IMG/VR virus record: IMGVR_UViG_3300045988_123611
Reading direction: 5' to 3' (one strand)
From: a virus
Length of the DNA: 64,000 nt
This document shows, one piece after another, positions 30,118 to 40,055 of the stretch (positions within the stretch are counted from its first letter, which is position 1; each line of letters begins with the position of its first letter). Under the pieces are notes generated by a model. It made no database searches and was not told where the DNA came from. It saw nothing but the letters and a program-made list of their open reading frames with translations. A program made the position numbers and the translations under genes.

Positions 30118-30155
30118 TAAAAAAAAGAGAGACTTTTTTTAGTCTCTCTTTTTTC
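30118..30155. terminator. Bidirectional terminator
   Basis: AAAAAAAAGAGAGACT-TTTTT-AGTCTCTCTTTTTTC. Confidence 0.65.
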
Positions 30156-30221
30156 ATATTAGGCAATTCTTGGTGAAATTGTCGATTCTTAGGATGAAAA
30201 ATATCTCACCCGACACATTGT

Positions 30222-30602
30222 TCACTTATTGATGAAAGTATTCAAAAAATCGGCAATTACATCATCATCAGTTCTCTTGACCTTCTTAACCTTTACTTTT
30301 TCACTCTTGGGAAAAAGCACGTCAAGAAGATCGTTAACCCCGGTCATAAGACCGTAAACCTCAGCAAAGATGTTCTCCACATCGGACGCGGTCAACGCGG
30401 AATCCTTGTAGCCATTAAGAGCGGCATACTCGTTAATCCGATCGGCGATTTCCTGCGCGAGTGCGGTCTTCCGATCGGCCTGCTTGGTTTCCTTCTCTAC
30501 CTGCTTGACCGCAGCGTTCAGAGATTTAGCCATTTCGTCCGCAATAGTCTGAGCGTCCTCACCATTCTTCAGACGAGCAATAATATCATTCATATCCATA
30601 TG
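30222..30602 (-). CDS. hypothetical protein (~126 aa). First gene of the GC-richer cassette block.
   Basis: AAGAAAAGAGGT RBS before MDMNDIIARL. Confidence 0.5.
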   Translation of the reverse strand, partial: HMDMNDIIARLKNGEDAQTIADEMAKSLNAAVKQVEKETKQADRKTALAQEIADRINEYAALNGYKDSALTASDVENIFAEVYGLMTGVNDLLDVLFPKSEKVKVKKVKRTDDDVIADFLNTFINK

Positions 30603-30919
30603 AATACCTCTTTTCTTATTTTCTATATATATTATATACTTTTTTTTTAAAAATGTCAAGATTTTTTTAAATGAAAACATACGTGTGAAACAATGTAAGG
30701 GCGAAGCAATTTTTAATTAATCATAAAGGCATATGATCCTACGCGGGCTTAAAAAAGTCTTTTTTTACCATTATAACATATTTTTTATAAAAAGTCAATT
30801 TTCGGGATTTTTTTGGGCCATATGGAGAGGTGCTAGAAGTATGAGAAATTTTGCATATGGGTATACCGATCGGAAACTCGGCCCGAGACGTTCCACCTCG
30901 GGCCGGCCAACCCAATGTA

Positions 30920-31534
30920 TTAGAGCTCTTGAAGCAACTCCAAAGTTTTTTCGTATCCATACTTATTTATCAATCGAGTTGTTTCAATTGTAATTTCTTT
31001 TCGATTCATTAACATCCATCTGGTGTTATCTTCCGGCGAACCCCATCTAAGATTTTCTAATCTATTATCAGTGCGGTTTCCGTTAATGTGATCTACAATC
31101 TATTCTTCAAAATTAATATTTGGTTGCCAAGATTGTAATACTACACGATGTAAATTATAATTCTAATTATCAATAGAAACTCTAACATAGCCCTAATGAA
31201 TTGTTCCTTTTAAAATTATTTTAGTTCGTTTATTTCTTACTCGACCTAAATTAGAAACTTCATAATTTTTAGAGCAATAAGTTTCTATCCATTTTTCACC
31301 TTCTAGTTCTGTCGTATCACTTCCGCGAGTAGAAAATAAAGATTTATCAACATCTTGTTTTTCTGCGCGTTCAACTGTATAAATTGCTTTTGCTCCAATA
31401 CCTGTCCTTGTAATTAAAAATCCTCGTTTTAATTGATTTTTACAAAACAAAGGAAAATTTGTATTAATTGTGGAGATGGCTACTCCAAAATAATCTGCTA
31501 ATTCTTGTTTATTCAAAATAATCAGTCCTTTCAT
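30920..31534 (-). CDS. HNH homing endonuclease with N-terminal HTH and NUMOD4-like motif, three in-frame TAG
   Basis: ETYCSKNYEVSNLGRVRN (NUMOD4-like). (tag)GYVRVSIDN...LHRVVL...DHINGNRTDNRLENLRW (HNH_3). AT-rich insert in a GC-richer region. Confidence 0.7.
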
Positions 31535-31738
31535 TATTATATAAATTTCGGGATTTCATAATTTTCTATTTTTGTCCGATAATTTTTCGCAAAATTTGCT
31601 AAACCTATAATTATTCCGAAATTCCGCCCGGAGCGTCAGTGATCGGGCGGTTCATTATACCACATTTTCCGATCGGTGTCAATAGGCAAAATGCACAAAA
31701 AAAATCAGCAGGTTTTAGTCAACCTGCTGATTGAATAT

Positions 31739-32155
31739 TTATGCAAGAAATGCGCTTACAATTTCATCGAAAACCGTGGGGTTAATGTCCACATTAAAAA
31801 AGCGGTCGTTCTTGCGGAACGCTTTGGGGTAGCGTCTAATCAGTTCCGCACGCAACGCGCTTTCCGCACCCTCGGCGGGATAGTCCCCGCAAGAACGGAT
31901 TCGATGAACTTCAACGCGCGTGATAGAATACTTTTTCGAGTATTCGCCGATTTCATCACGCAAGCGCCCTACAACGTCTTTTGCGGACGTGCCTACCTTG
32001 TTAAATTCAAGTTTGTTGTTGTTGTAAAACTTGAAAAAGTAGACCGCTTGAACGTCTTTCAGATTCTCGCCACAATTAGGCATAAACTCCATTGAAACGG
32101 GTGGTCTACCGTCCTTAAATCGGCGTAGCTTAATAGTAATTTCTTCCATCGGCAC
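31739..32155 (-). CDS. hypothetical protein (138 aa). Weak GIY-YIG-like pattern.
   Basis: Pattern VYFFKFY...KVGTS...RLRDEIGEY is weak. Confidence 0.45.
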   Translation of the reverse strand: MPMEEITIKLRRFKDGRPPVSMEFMPNCGENLKDVQAVYFFKFYNNNKLEFNKVGTSAKDVVGRLRDEIGEYSKKYSITRVEVHRIRSCGDYPAEGAESALRAELIRRYPKAFRKNDRFFNVDINPTVFDEIVSAFLA

Positions 32156-32272
32156 AAAATCCTCTCTATTGATTGAGGTTTACCATCGTTCTCTCAACCA
32201 TTATTTTTTACCCTTTTTTGCTTGTTTTTGGGTGAAAAACCGCATTTTTCAGCGGTTTTTCACCCTTTTTCG

Positions 32273-32680
32273 TCAGTTTTTGGGCTTTCGCTTTTGAATC
32301 AGGGTCAATTCATAGTCATTTTCGCCCACATGGAACGCAATCATGCGCTCGACATTCGTAATTTCTACATTTTCGCACGCATTTTCGCTGTTTTCACGCA
32401 AAAAAGTCGCAAGTTCAGCGATAATCGAGCGTTTTGTGGGGTTTTCCTTGCGCTGTCGCTTCTCAAACTTATAAGCGGTCGGCGCTTTGCGTGTTCCGGT
32501 CTTAGAATACTTGTTAGCTTCTTTCAGCTTTTCCGCGGACAGGTCAAAGTCCTTGGCGATTCCATGGTCAATGTCATCATCGTCCATGAGAATTTCTTTT
32601 GCTTCCTCGGCAGTACAATCCAACTTTTTCATCAGATTATCAATCTTTGCCTGAAAGTCCTTTTCACTCATTTTAGGCAT
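32273..32680 (-). CDS. hypothetical protein (135 aa)
   Basis: ORF. Confidence 0.5.
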   Translation of the reverse strand: MPKMSEKDFQAKIDNLMKKLDCTAEEAKEILMDDDDIDHGIAKDFDLSAEKLKEANKYSKTGTRKAPTAYKFEKRQRKENPTKRSIIAELATFLRENSENACENVEITNVERMIAFHVGENDYELTLIQKRKPKN

Positions 32681-32780
32681 TTCTTTTGCCCCCTTTCAAG
32701 TATGATTATAACACCGCCGTCAGCAAATGTCAAGAGAAATTTTTGGGAGCGCCTAATTTTTTTTAGGCGCTCCCCCTGAA

Positions 32781-33218
32781 TCAGTGAGCGAGACGGAAGT
32801 AGGACTTGCGCTTGTCCACAATCTTCTCGACGCCGTTCGCTTCAATCATCTGACGCAGAAGAGCGGAAACGCGCTGGTTGGTGAGGTCGCCCAGACCGTC
32901 CACGTTCTTGATGAGGTCGGTCACGGTGTACAGCTTGTCAGGGTTTGCGGACAGCTCAGCGAAGATAATGTCCTTGTAGCCGTCGTTGGCAATCTGATTC
33001 GCGGTCGGCTTCTTATCTCCCGAGTTCTTACGAGCCAACAGGTCAATCTCGTGATTGATAAACTCAACCATAGCGGGGTCAGCCTGAACCTCGCTCATTT
33101 TGAGCAGAGCCTCGAAACGGTCGCGCTTGGTGAGCTTCTTAACAGTAGAAGTAGACATAGTATCAATTCCTTTCTTTGGCGGTAGGTCGCTACCCTTTTG
33201 ATATATTGAGTATACCAC
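32781..33218 (-). CDS. small protein family member A (145 aa), paralog of 35404-35784. Possible winged-helix.
   Basis: About 70% identity to 35404-35784 across KKLTKRDRFEALLKMSEVQA...NQRVSALLRQMIEAN. Confidence 0.6.
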   Translation of the reverse strand: MVYSIYQKGSDLPPKKGIDTMSTSTVKKLTKRDRFEALLKMSEVQADPAMVEFINHEIDLLARKNSGDKKPTANQIANDGYKDIIFAELSANPDKLYTVTDLIKNVDGLGDLTNQRVSALLRQMIEANGVEKIVDKRKSYFRLAH

Positions 33219-33699
33219 ATTTTAGAGTGCTTGTCAAGAGGTTTCACAAACTTTTCACACGAATTACTACCCCGACCTGACGGATAATTTATTGTTTGTT
33301 GATTCAATCTATTTGTCAGCGGAAAACCGCGTCAAGGATAGTTGGTTCAATCAAACTCACTTTCGCGTTCAACGTTTGGCTTTACAACGTGGTGTATTAT
33401 GTTTTCTTCCTGTACTTTCTCAAGGTCGCGCGCCCTCGGATTTCTTGGGCTACTCCCTCTTGACATTTTCTATTGTAGCACACTCGCTGGGATTTGTCAA
33501 GAGGTTTTCAAGAAAAAACTCATGAATTTTTTCTTTTATCCCGTGCGTTCCGCTCCGAAGAGACCTTAACGTAATAGGTGAACGGTCTATTGCTACTTCC
33601 AACCGTAGCCCCACACCGACCTGTGGCTCAGGGGTTCCCCTCTTGACATTATCTATTATAACAGATTGCCCACGGATTACAATTGACAAAATAACCAAA

Positions 33700-33895
33700 T
33701 TACGGGAAAAAATTTTCTTTACTTTTGTGCAACTTTTCTCTTGACAAAATTGGCGGGGCGTGATATAATGGTGAATTCGGCCCGCTTTGGGCGTTGGCGG
33801 GCCGGCCATTTTATCATAAAAGTTCTTGTTTGTCAATAGACAAAATAGACAAAAAAAACTACCCATTTTTGGGCAGTTTTTTTATTTTAGTCCAG
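33700..33895 (+). ncRNA. Plus-strand mini transcription unit, copy 1: promoter TTGACAAAATTGGCGGGGCGTGATATAAT, GC hairpin, ATTTTATCA, TTGTCAATAGACAA, terminator
   Basis: Elements in the same order and spacing as the other six copies. Confidence 0.5.
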
Positions 33896-34132
33896 CAGGT
33901 TAATCTCACCGGGAATTTTGAAAGAATCAGCGTCCAGTGTGGAATTGTAGTCCTCGGTAAAAAGGTCAATCATTCCACATTCCATGATGTAATTCTGCAC
34001 CGCCCGCTGAACATTTCTCCAAAGGTCAATCTTTCGGCTTTCCTCGCGGGCTTTTCTGGCTTCCTGTATCTGGATAATGAGTTCGTCCAGTTCCTCGTCG
34101 GTCATGTAATTCAAATCTAAATCCATTTTCAA
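33887..34132 (-). CDS. hypothetical protein (81 aa)
   Basis: ORF. Confidence 0.45.
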   Translation of the reverse strand: MKMDLDLNYMTDEELDELIIQIQEARKAREESRKIDLWRNVQRAVQNYIMECGMIDLFTEDYNSTLDADSFKIPGEINLLD

Positions 34133-34416
34133 AACTCCCCTTTAATTGCTTCTTTCCATGCATCCCAGCCGAATTTTTCCTCGCGGTCTAACTTCTTGCC
34201 AATGTCTTTTGCGGTCAGTAGGTCAAGCTCGTCCGCAATCTCATCTTCAAAGTTTACCCAAGAGTCGTAGGTCTGAATAATGAAAACTTCATCGGCTTCA
34301 AAGACGCCACCGCACTCGGCGCAGATAATATAGTCATGGTCGATTAAAATGCCCATGTGAGGGTCATTGTCATCAGGGACTACAAAAAGGACTTGTTTAG
34401 CGTTCATGTGAAACAC
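34129..34416 (-). CDS. hypothetical protein (95 aa)
   Basis: Class-B promoter and AAAGGAAAGGGG-type leader upstream. Confidence 0.5.
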   Translation of the reverse strand: MFHMNAKQVLFVVPDDNDPHMGILIDHDYIICAECGGVFEADEVFIIQTYDSWVNFEDEIADELDLLTAKDIGKKLDREEKFGWDAWKEAIKGEF

Positions 34417-34484
34417 CTCTTTCGTTTGATGTATTGATTATACCATAGGGAATAGGACTTGTCAAGCCCTATTCCCTATTTTTT

Positions 34485-35261
34485 TTAGCTCATGTTTACA
34501 ACGGGATTTTCCTTAATGTTTCGCATGAGCGCGCGCTGAAACTCGGTAGGCTTGGGGCGTTCCGCCGTGGGAGTTTTGAAAAGGGACTTTTCCATGGTCT
34601 TATGCTGTCGGACGCAATAGCGCAGAATCTCAACTTCAATGAGAACATCTTCAAGTCCCGTGTGGGATTCATCAAAGCTGTCCTCACCGCTGATAAAGCG
34701 ATAAAGAATTTCTGCGGTAAAGCGGAGCTGTCCGTTCTTGGTCTTGTAGCCGTTCTTTTCGCAATAGTCGCGGTAAGTGGGCATTTTGCCGATAACCTGT
34801 CGCGCCATTTTCAACGTGTCCCAAATTTCGAGGTCGTAGGGAAAGAAATAGCGATACTTGCTTTTCGTGTCCCATCTTTGCGCGTTGTTGCAGGCGTTAA
34901 GGTCGAACCGCATATTATGAGCACAGACAAAAGAGCAGTTGTAGCGCTCGACACATTCGCAGAACGCCTGACGAATTTCGTAAAGGTCAGCCATAATGCG
35001 CGAACCGTTCTTAATGTCCTCAATGTAGCGAGGAATCTTGTCGGCGTAGTAGGCAGACCGCATGAGGTCGCGTTCGTAGCAGAAAATGTCGCGATTCACA
35101 AAGGAATGAGTTTCATAAACATTTCCCTTGGAATCAATGACCGCCCAGCCGAAGTCGTAGGGAAGCACATTTGACATATCCAGCTTATCGCCATCCTGAA
35201 TGGTGTTTGCGGTTTCCGTGTCCAGCATAATGCCGTAGTTTTTGCGCCTATCAATACCCAT
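34485..35261 (-). CDS. DEDDh 3'-5' exonuclease (DnaQ/RNase T-like)
   Basis: Exo I IMLDTETAN, Exo II AHNMRFD, Exo III HTGLEDV. Confidence 0.75.
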   Translation of the reverse strand: MGIDRRKNYGIMLDTETANTIQDGDKLDMSNVLPYDFGWAVIDSKGNVYETHSFVNRDIFCYERDLMRSAYYADKIPRYIEDIKNGSRIMADLYEIRQAFCECVERYNCSFVCAHNMRFDLNACNNAQRWDTKSKYRYFFPYDLEIWDTLKMARQVIGKMPTYRDYCEKNGYKTKNGQLRFTAEILYRFISGEDSFDESHTGLEDVLIEVEILRYCVRQHKTMEKSLFKTPTAERPKPTEFQRALMRNIKENPVVNMS

Positions 35262-35403
35262 CTTATCGTCTCCTATTGGAAAAGTAGATTGAGGTTTACC
35301 ATCGTTCTCTCAACCTCTGATAATAGTATAGCACTTTGCTATTGGTTTGTCAACAGTTTTTTTTGTAGGGCAGGGGATTTTTTTATCCCCTGCCCTTTTC
35401 CCT

Positions 35404-35784
35404 TTACGCGAGGGAGAAGTAGGACTTGCGCTTGTCAACCGTCTTGACAACGGTGTTGGCCTCAATCATCTGACGCAGAAGAGCGGAAACGCGCTGATTG
35501 GAGTAGTCCGCAAGCTCGGGAACGCCCTTGATGAGGTCGGTCACGGTATACAGCTTGTCAGGGTTTGCGGTCATCTCGTCCAGAATGACCTGCTTCACAG
35601 TGTCATTCTCCATCTGCTTGGCCGTGGGCTTCTTGTCGCCCGCGTTCTTCTTGGCGAGCAGTTCAATCTCATGCTCGATGAACGCCACCATGTCAGGATT
35701 TGCCTGAACCTCGCTCATTTTGAGCAGAGCCTCGAAACGGTCGCGCTTGGTGAGCTTCTTAGTGGTAGAAGTAGAAGTAGCCAT
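35404..35784 (-). CDS. small protein family member B (126 aa), paralog of 32781-33218
   Basis: See 32781-33218. Confidence 0.6.
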   Translation of the reverse strand: MATSTSTTKKLTKRDRFEALLKMSEVQANPDMVAFIEHEIELLAKKNAGDKKPTAKQMENDTVKQVILDEMTANPDKLYTVTDLIKGVPELADYSNQRVSALLRQMIEANTVVKTVDKRKSYFSLA

Positions 35785-36287
35785 AGTATCAATTCCTTTC
35801 TGGTTTTTAAGACTGTCCTTGTCTTTGATGTAGTTATTATACCATAGGCGGAGCAGGTTGTCAATAGTTTTTGCAAATTTTTTTTAGGGGCGGTCGCGAG
35901 GTTTATTACTATACATCTTGTTTATACCTACCTTTATCTATACTCATAAACCAATTCATTTTACTAAACCAAATTAGTCTTTAAGGCGGTGGGCGAGCAT
36001 TAGAAGTCATCTTGTTTTTACCTCTCTCATTTGATGTATTCATTATACCCTACGTAGAACGGTTTGTCAAGGGGTTTTTCAAACTTTTTTTGAAAGTTTG
36101 TTCGGCACGCCACGCTTGGAACATTCCGTCGGATTTTGGTATAATGAATGGTCAAGAGAACTGCCTTTCCGAAGGTCTTACTCTTTCCTCCTGACATTAT
36201 GTAGTATAGCAGATTGGTAATGATTTGTCTATTGGTAAAATAGCTAAATAACGGGAAAAAATAAAATTGAAATTTGTGCGAAATTTC

Positions 36288-36435
36288 TCTTGACAAAAAT
36301 GCTGGCAGGGTGTATAATGGTAAATTCCGGCCGTAGCGCGCGGAAACGGCCGGCCCATTATATCACATTCAAGGAATTTTGTCAATGGTCAAAGTAAACA
36401 AAAAAATCTCCCCATTTTTGGGGAGATTTTCTTTT
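36288..36435 (+). ncRNA. Plus-strand mini transcription unit, copy 2
   Basis: CTTGACAAAAATGCTGGCAGGGTGTATAAT, CCGGCCGTAGCGCGCGGAAACGGCCGG, CCATTATATCACATTCAAGGAATTTTGTCAATGG, terminator ATCTCCCCATTTTTGGGGAGAT. Confidence 0.5.
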
Positions 36436-36691
36436 AGCCAATCACACTGACTTCGGTTCTGACAGGCGTTACCATCTTGTCGCGCGAGAACTCGCGAACC
36501 TGACCCGTTTCAAGATTCACCGCGTAGCAATACTGCGAACCTCTCGACCGGACAAACGGCGTGTTGTTGTTGCTGTCAATTTTGAGATACATTCCCATAC
36601 CGCTACCGTTAGAGCGCAGAGTGGTGAACGTGCCACCGCTGAGAATGTTGATAATTTGGAGCTGACCCTTAGTGCCAAAATTTACTTTCAT
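36434..36691 (-). CDS. hypothetical protein (85 aa)
   Basis: ORF. Confidence 0.45.
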   Translation of the reverse strand: MKVNFGTKGQLQIINILSGGTFTTLRSNGSGMGMYLKIDSNNNTPFVRSRGSQYCYAVNLETGQVREFSRDKMVTPVRTEVSVIG

Positions 36692-36707
36692 TTTTATTTC
36701 TCCTCTC

Positions 36708-36852
36708 TTAAAGCAGATGTTCCTTGACCCATTTTGCGGTCACGGTCGCGCGTTCTTTGGTGATAACAGTTTCATAGATGAAAAGGTCGTCATCAATCTT
36801 TTCAACTACTTTTCCGATGATTCCAACATCAACCCAAAAATAAGGCATCATT
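36708..36852 (-). CDS. hypothetical protein (~47 aa, start MMPYFWVDV)
   Basis: AAAGGGGTGATAAAA-ATG. Confidence 0.35.
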
Positions 36853-36856
36853 TTTA

Positions 36857-37063
36857 TCACCCCTTTGAACCGACCGAGAAGATGGACTGCAAAAGCACGA
36901 GAATAATCCAAATTGCGAGTGCCAGCTTCCACGAGAACACGATGACGAAAGTGCCGATTGCGGTAATACCGAGGGCGGGAAGAAGCCAACAGAGAAGCCA
37001 AACCAGACCAGAGGTAGCAAGGAACGAAAATGCGAGAGACAGCAGAATCAAAAGAACAAACAT
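36857..37063 (-). CDS. two-TM membrane protein (~68 aa)
   Basis: AAAGGGGAAAATAAA-ATG before MFVLLILL. Confidence 0.45.
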   Translation of the reverse strand: MFVLLILLSLAFSFLATSGLVWLLCWLLPALGITAIGTFVIVFSWKLALAIWIILVLLQSIFSVGSKG

Positions 37064-37117
37064 TTTATTTTCCCCTTTCATTTGATACATTTATTATACC
37101 ATTGGAGTAGGGTTTTG

Positions 37118-37618
37118 TCAAGCCCTTTTCTCCAAAAGTTCCGAAAGTTTTTCGATAATGTTTACTGCGGTTGGGTCAATGGTTTCACCCAAGTGCCAAC
37201 CATTCCGAACCTTTTCATTATCGTCAACCAAGATGGACACGTCATAGCGGTCGCGCACGCTGTCGGCCTTAGTCGCGCCATATTGGACGCCGTGGAAGTG
37301 GTCATAGTGGAAGCCCTGTTCTTCAAGCCACGCGCGCTTTGCTTCACGCACGAGGTTTTTGTATTCCTCGCTCGAATCTTTGGAAAGCCAAGTGATGATG
37401 TTGATTTCCCAGCCCTCGGCGCGGAGAAGTTCGCAAACCTCATTCAATTCAGCCATATCACACATGGGAACGGCAGTCCGATAGGGCTTAGGATTTTCCG
37501 AACGGAGAAGTGCAAGCCAATCCTTGACGCCGTAGAGGTCAGCAATAGTGCCGTCCATGTCAAAGTTGATGGAGCGTCGAGTGGCCACAACGTGGGACTT
37601 GATGTAAGTGATTTTCAT
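37118..37618 (-). CDS. HAD-superfamily phosphatase (deoxyribonucleotidase-like)
   Basis: Motif I FDMDGTIADL (DxDGT). Motif IV ILVDDN. Confidence 0.7.
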   Translation of the reverse strand: MKITYIKSHVVATRRSINFDMDGTIADLYGVKDWLALLRSENPKPYRTAVPMCDMAELNEVCELLRAEGWEINIITWLSKDSSEEYKNLVREAKRAWLEEQGFHYDHFHGVQYGATKADSVRDRYDVSILVDDNEKVRNGWHLGETIDPTAVNIIEKLSELLEKRA

Positions 37619-37734
37619 AGGTATTTACCCCTTTCCTTTACTGTATCCATAGTATAGCAGATTATTACATTCTTGTCTATTGGTAAAATACCCAAATTCG
37701 GGAAAATAATTAGTTGGACTTTTGGCTAAATTTC

Positions 37735-37887
37735 CTATTGACAAATTGCTGAGATGGTGGTATAATGGAAATTCCGGCCGTGGCATGCGCAAACGGCCGG
37801 CCATTTTATCACACTATTGGATTTTTGTCAATAGGCAAAATAAATAAAATTTTGAGACGAGATTTGGTTATCTCGTCTCAAAATATT
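37735..37887 (+). ncRNA. Plus-strand mini transcription unit, copy 3
   Basis: ATTGACAAATTGCTGAGATGGTGGTATAAT, CCGGCCGTGGCATGCGCAAACGGCCGG, CCATTTTATCACAC, TTGTCAATAGGCAAAATA, terminator TTGAGACGAGAT...ATCTCGTCTCAA. Confidence 0.5.
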
Positions 37888-37888
37888 T

Positions 37889-38341
37889 TTAATGTTCGGA
37901 CACAATGCTGAGGTAGCGGACAATCATGTCCATTTCGCAACCCATGTCCTGCTGGTCGCAAACCGCATAACCCACAAGGTCGCCGTCCGCACAAATCGGG
38001 TAAACGCCATAAGTGTTATTGAAAACAAACGGCTTTCTTTTAAAATCCCACTGGGTCGAAACATAAGGCGGAAAGTTTTCCATACCCCGCAGTTTCACGG
38101 TAGTATCATAGATTGCGATGGGACGCAAACCGGAATTTGATGCCATTGTAATAGCGGTTCGCAGAGCTTCTTCGGTCAAAGAGCCAAGCACCAAATACCT
38201 CTTGAAGCAAACGCAGTCGTTGTCTTCAATGAAGATTTCGAGCGGGTCTCCCTCGCGAATCTTCAAAGTCCGGCGAATCTCTTTCGGGATAACCACACGT
38301 CCAAGGTCATCAATTCTGCGAACAATACCAGTAGCTTTCAT
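37889..38341 (-). CDS. AbrB/SpoVT-family transcriptional regulator (swapped-hairpin N-domain + C-terminal domain)
   Basis: N-terminus GIVRRIDDLGRVVIPKEIRRTLKIREGDPLEIF matches the AbrB/MazE/SpoVT DNA-binding fold. 150 aa, as in SpoVT-like proteins. Confidence 0.7.
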   Translation of the reverse strand: MKATGIVRRIDDLGRVVIPKEIRRTLKIREGDPLEIFIEDNDCVCFKRYLVLGSLTEEALRTAITMASNSGLRPIAIYDTTVKLRGMENFPPYVSTQWDFKRKPFVFNNTYGVYPICADGDLVGYAVCDQQDMGCEMDMIVRYLSIVSEH

Positions 38342-38405
38342 TTTAATTTTCCCCTTTCACTTGATACATTAAGTATAGCAGAATAAAAGGCTTTTGTCAA
38401 GCCCT

Positions 38406-38948
38406 TTATTCAAGATTTTTCCAAAAATAACCGTAAGCGCTCTTTCTTCGTCCTTTTATTACCGCGCTGATATTTGAACTGGCGCTGTCTGATAAATTGA
38501 GAAAATGAATGGCATCACGGACACTATCAAATTCTTTAATTGTTTCATGAGTGGTTTTATTACATATCGCAACTTTTACACAATAACCATTCTTCTTTCG
38601 TGTTTCAACAGATTTTAGAATTCTGTTATCATAATGATTATTCTCTTTATACGTGCACCATTCTAAATTTGAAACATTATTATTTAATTTATTACAATCC
38701 AAATGATTAACACAAGGTAAATTATTTGGATTTGGTATAAAAGTTAAAGCTATTAAACGATGAACTCGACAAGCTTTTTGCTAATTATTTTTACATAAAT
38801 TAACATAATAATATTTTTTCCCTTCTGGACCTCTTAGTTGCAAAGAAAGAAATTTCTTATGTTTCATACTCCAAATCTATCCGTCAGAAGTGGCTTGATA
38901 CCAACCTTCATAACCTGGCACATCTCTAAAAATTCTATTCACTTAGTT
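38406..38948 (-). CDS. HNH homing endonuclease with AP2-like C-terminal domain, two in-frame TAG, GTG start
   Basis: VPGYEGWYQATSDG(tag)IWS (NUMOD4-like). HRLIALTFIPNPNNLPCVNHLDCNKLNNNVSNLEWCTYKEN (HNH). ETIKEFDSVRDA...YGYFWK (AP2-like). Confidence 0.65.
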
Positions 38949-39009
38949 CACCCTTTTTTATTTTATTATACTCTAAAATTTTGATAAAGTCAAGTGGATA
39001 GAGTTTATC

Positions 39010-39483
39010 TTATGTTAGTTTATTTTCAGAAGCGAACATTTTTCCATGATATTTTTTACATAGCTCAGTAATAAAAGCAGTATCTTCTCTTTTATCGCAA
39101 TAGCAATCTAAAACATAATATTTCCCTAAATCATAATAAGTGCAAGGAATTTTTGTTTTTTCAATTTCTTCATGAAACCAAAGAAAATTTTCATGGGGTA
39201 CAGTTGTTTTTACAAGCCATAGCTTGTCTTTGCGGGCTTTCTCTTCAATCCACTTGACAAAGTAGACGCCCACAAAATTACAAACGGCAGTAATAGCCAT
39301 TTTCAACCATATAGGCATACCGTCTGCGGAAGTCAGCACAATCACATAGGAATAAAAACCATAAGTGATAGCATTGATAAGAGACGCGCTAACTTTTCCG
39401 CCGTTGACAGTCAAAATGCTTTTGATAGTTGACAGAATCACATTCACCGCCGTGCAAAGCGCGAACAGAAGAATTGTATTCAT
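39010..39483 (-). CDS. membrane protein (N-terminal TM helices + C-terminal domain)
   Basis: AAGGAAAGGGTGATAATA-ATG before MNTILLF. Confidence 0.5.
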   Translation of the reverse strand: MNTILLFALCTAVNVILSTIKSILTVNGGKVSASLINAITYGFYSYVIVLTSADGMPIWLKMAITAVCNFVGVYFVKWIEEKARKDKLWLVKTTVPHENFLWFHEEIEKTKIPCTYYDLGKYYVLDCYCDKREDTAFITELCKKYHGKMFASENKLT

Positions 39484-39562
39484 TATTATCACCCTTTCCT
39501 TTTTCTATTATAATAATATCATATTATAATAGAAATGTCAATAGAGAGTTTTTAATTTACTC

Positions 39563-39722
39563 TTTTAATTTTTCTAATAGATCATCAGCACATTCATAAC
39601 TGATACTTCTGCGGTTGCACTCGTTGGACAAAGGACAACAAGCGCAGTCATTAAAGGTTTCCGTCCAAGCGCGCAACCAGTCAGTCAAACGCAAAGTGTT
39701 AACTTCCTCATACATTGTTATC
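39563..39722 (-). CDS. small Cys-containing protein (~52 aa)
   Basis: Manual translation MITMYEEVNTLRLTDWLRAWTETFNDCACCPLSNECN. Confidence 0.35.
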
Positions 39723-40055
39723 ATTCTCCTTCACTCGGACAAAAAAGACCTTGTTATAGATTTTATTTGCTTTAAGGTCAATCCAAAAATACACGTTTCC
39801 GCATACTCGATAGATTTTACAAGTTTCTCCGCTAACCTTTTTGACTTCTTCAAATTTCTCAGGCGTTGTGGGGTGGAAAACCGTCAGTTTGAGAAATATG
39901 CAATAGAAAGACAAAGGAACGAAGCCGATAATCAGAGCAATCCATGCGAGAACGTCAGTTAAAGTGTTTTCCCATTCGCACCACTCATCGGTGATTGTAG
40001 CGAACGCAATACCCACGCAAAACGCGAGAATCAACCAATACCATGCGACCATCAT
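39708..40055 (-). CDS. membrane protein (115 aa)
   Basis: TM helices. Confidence 0.5.
   Translation of the reverse strand: MMVAWYWLILAFCVGIAFATITDEWCEWENTLTDVLAWIALIIGFVPLSFYCIFLKLTVFHPTTPEKFEEVKKVSGETCKIYRVCGNVYFWIDLKANKIYNKVFFVRVKENDNNV

Noticed and set aside
33450-33866. 138-aa minus-strand ORF
   Set aside because: It lies across a conserved promoter, hairpin and terminator module. It has no RBS, and its translation has no protein-like character. It is spurious.
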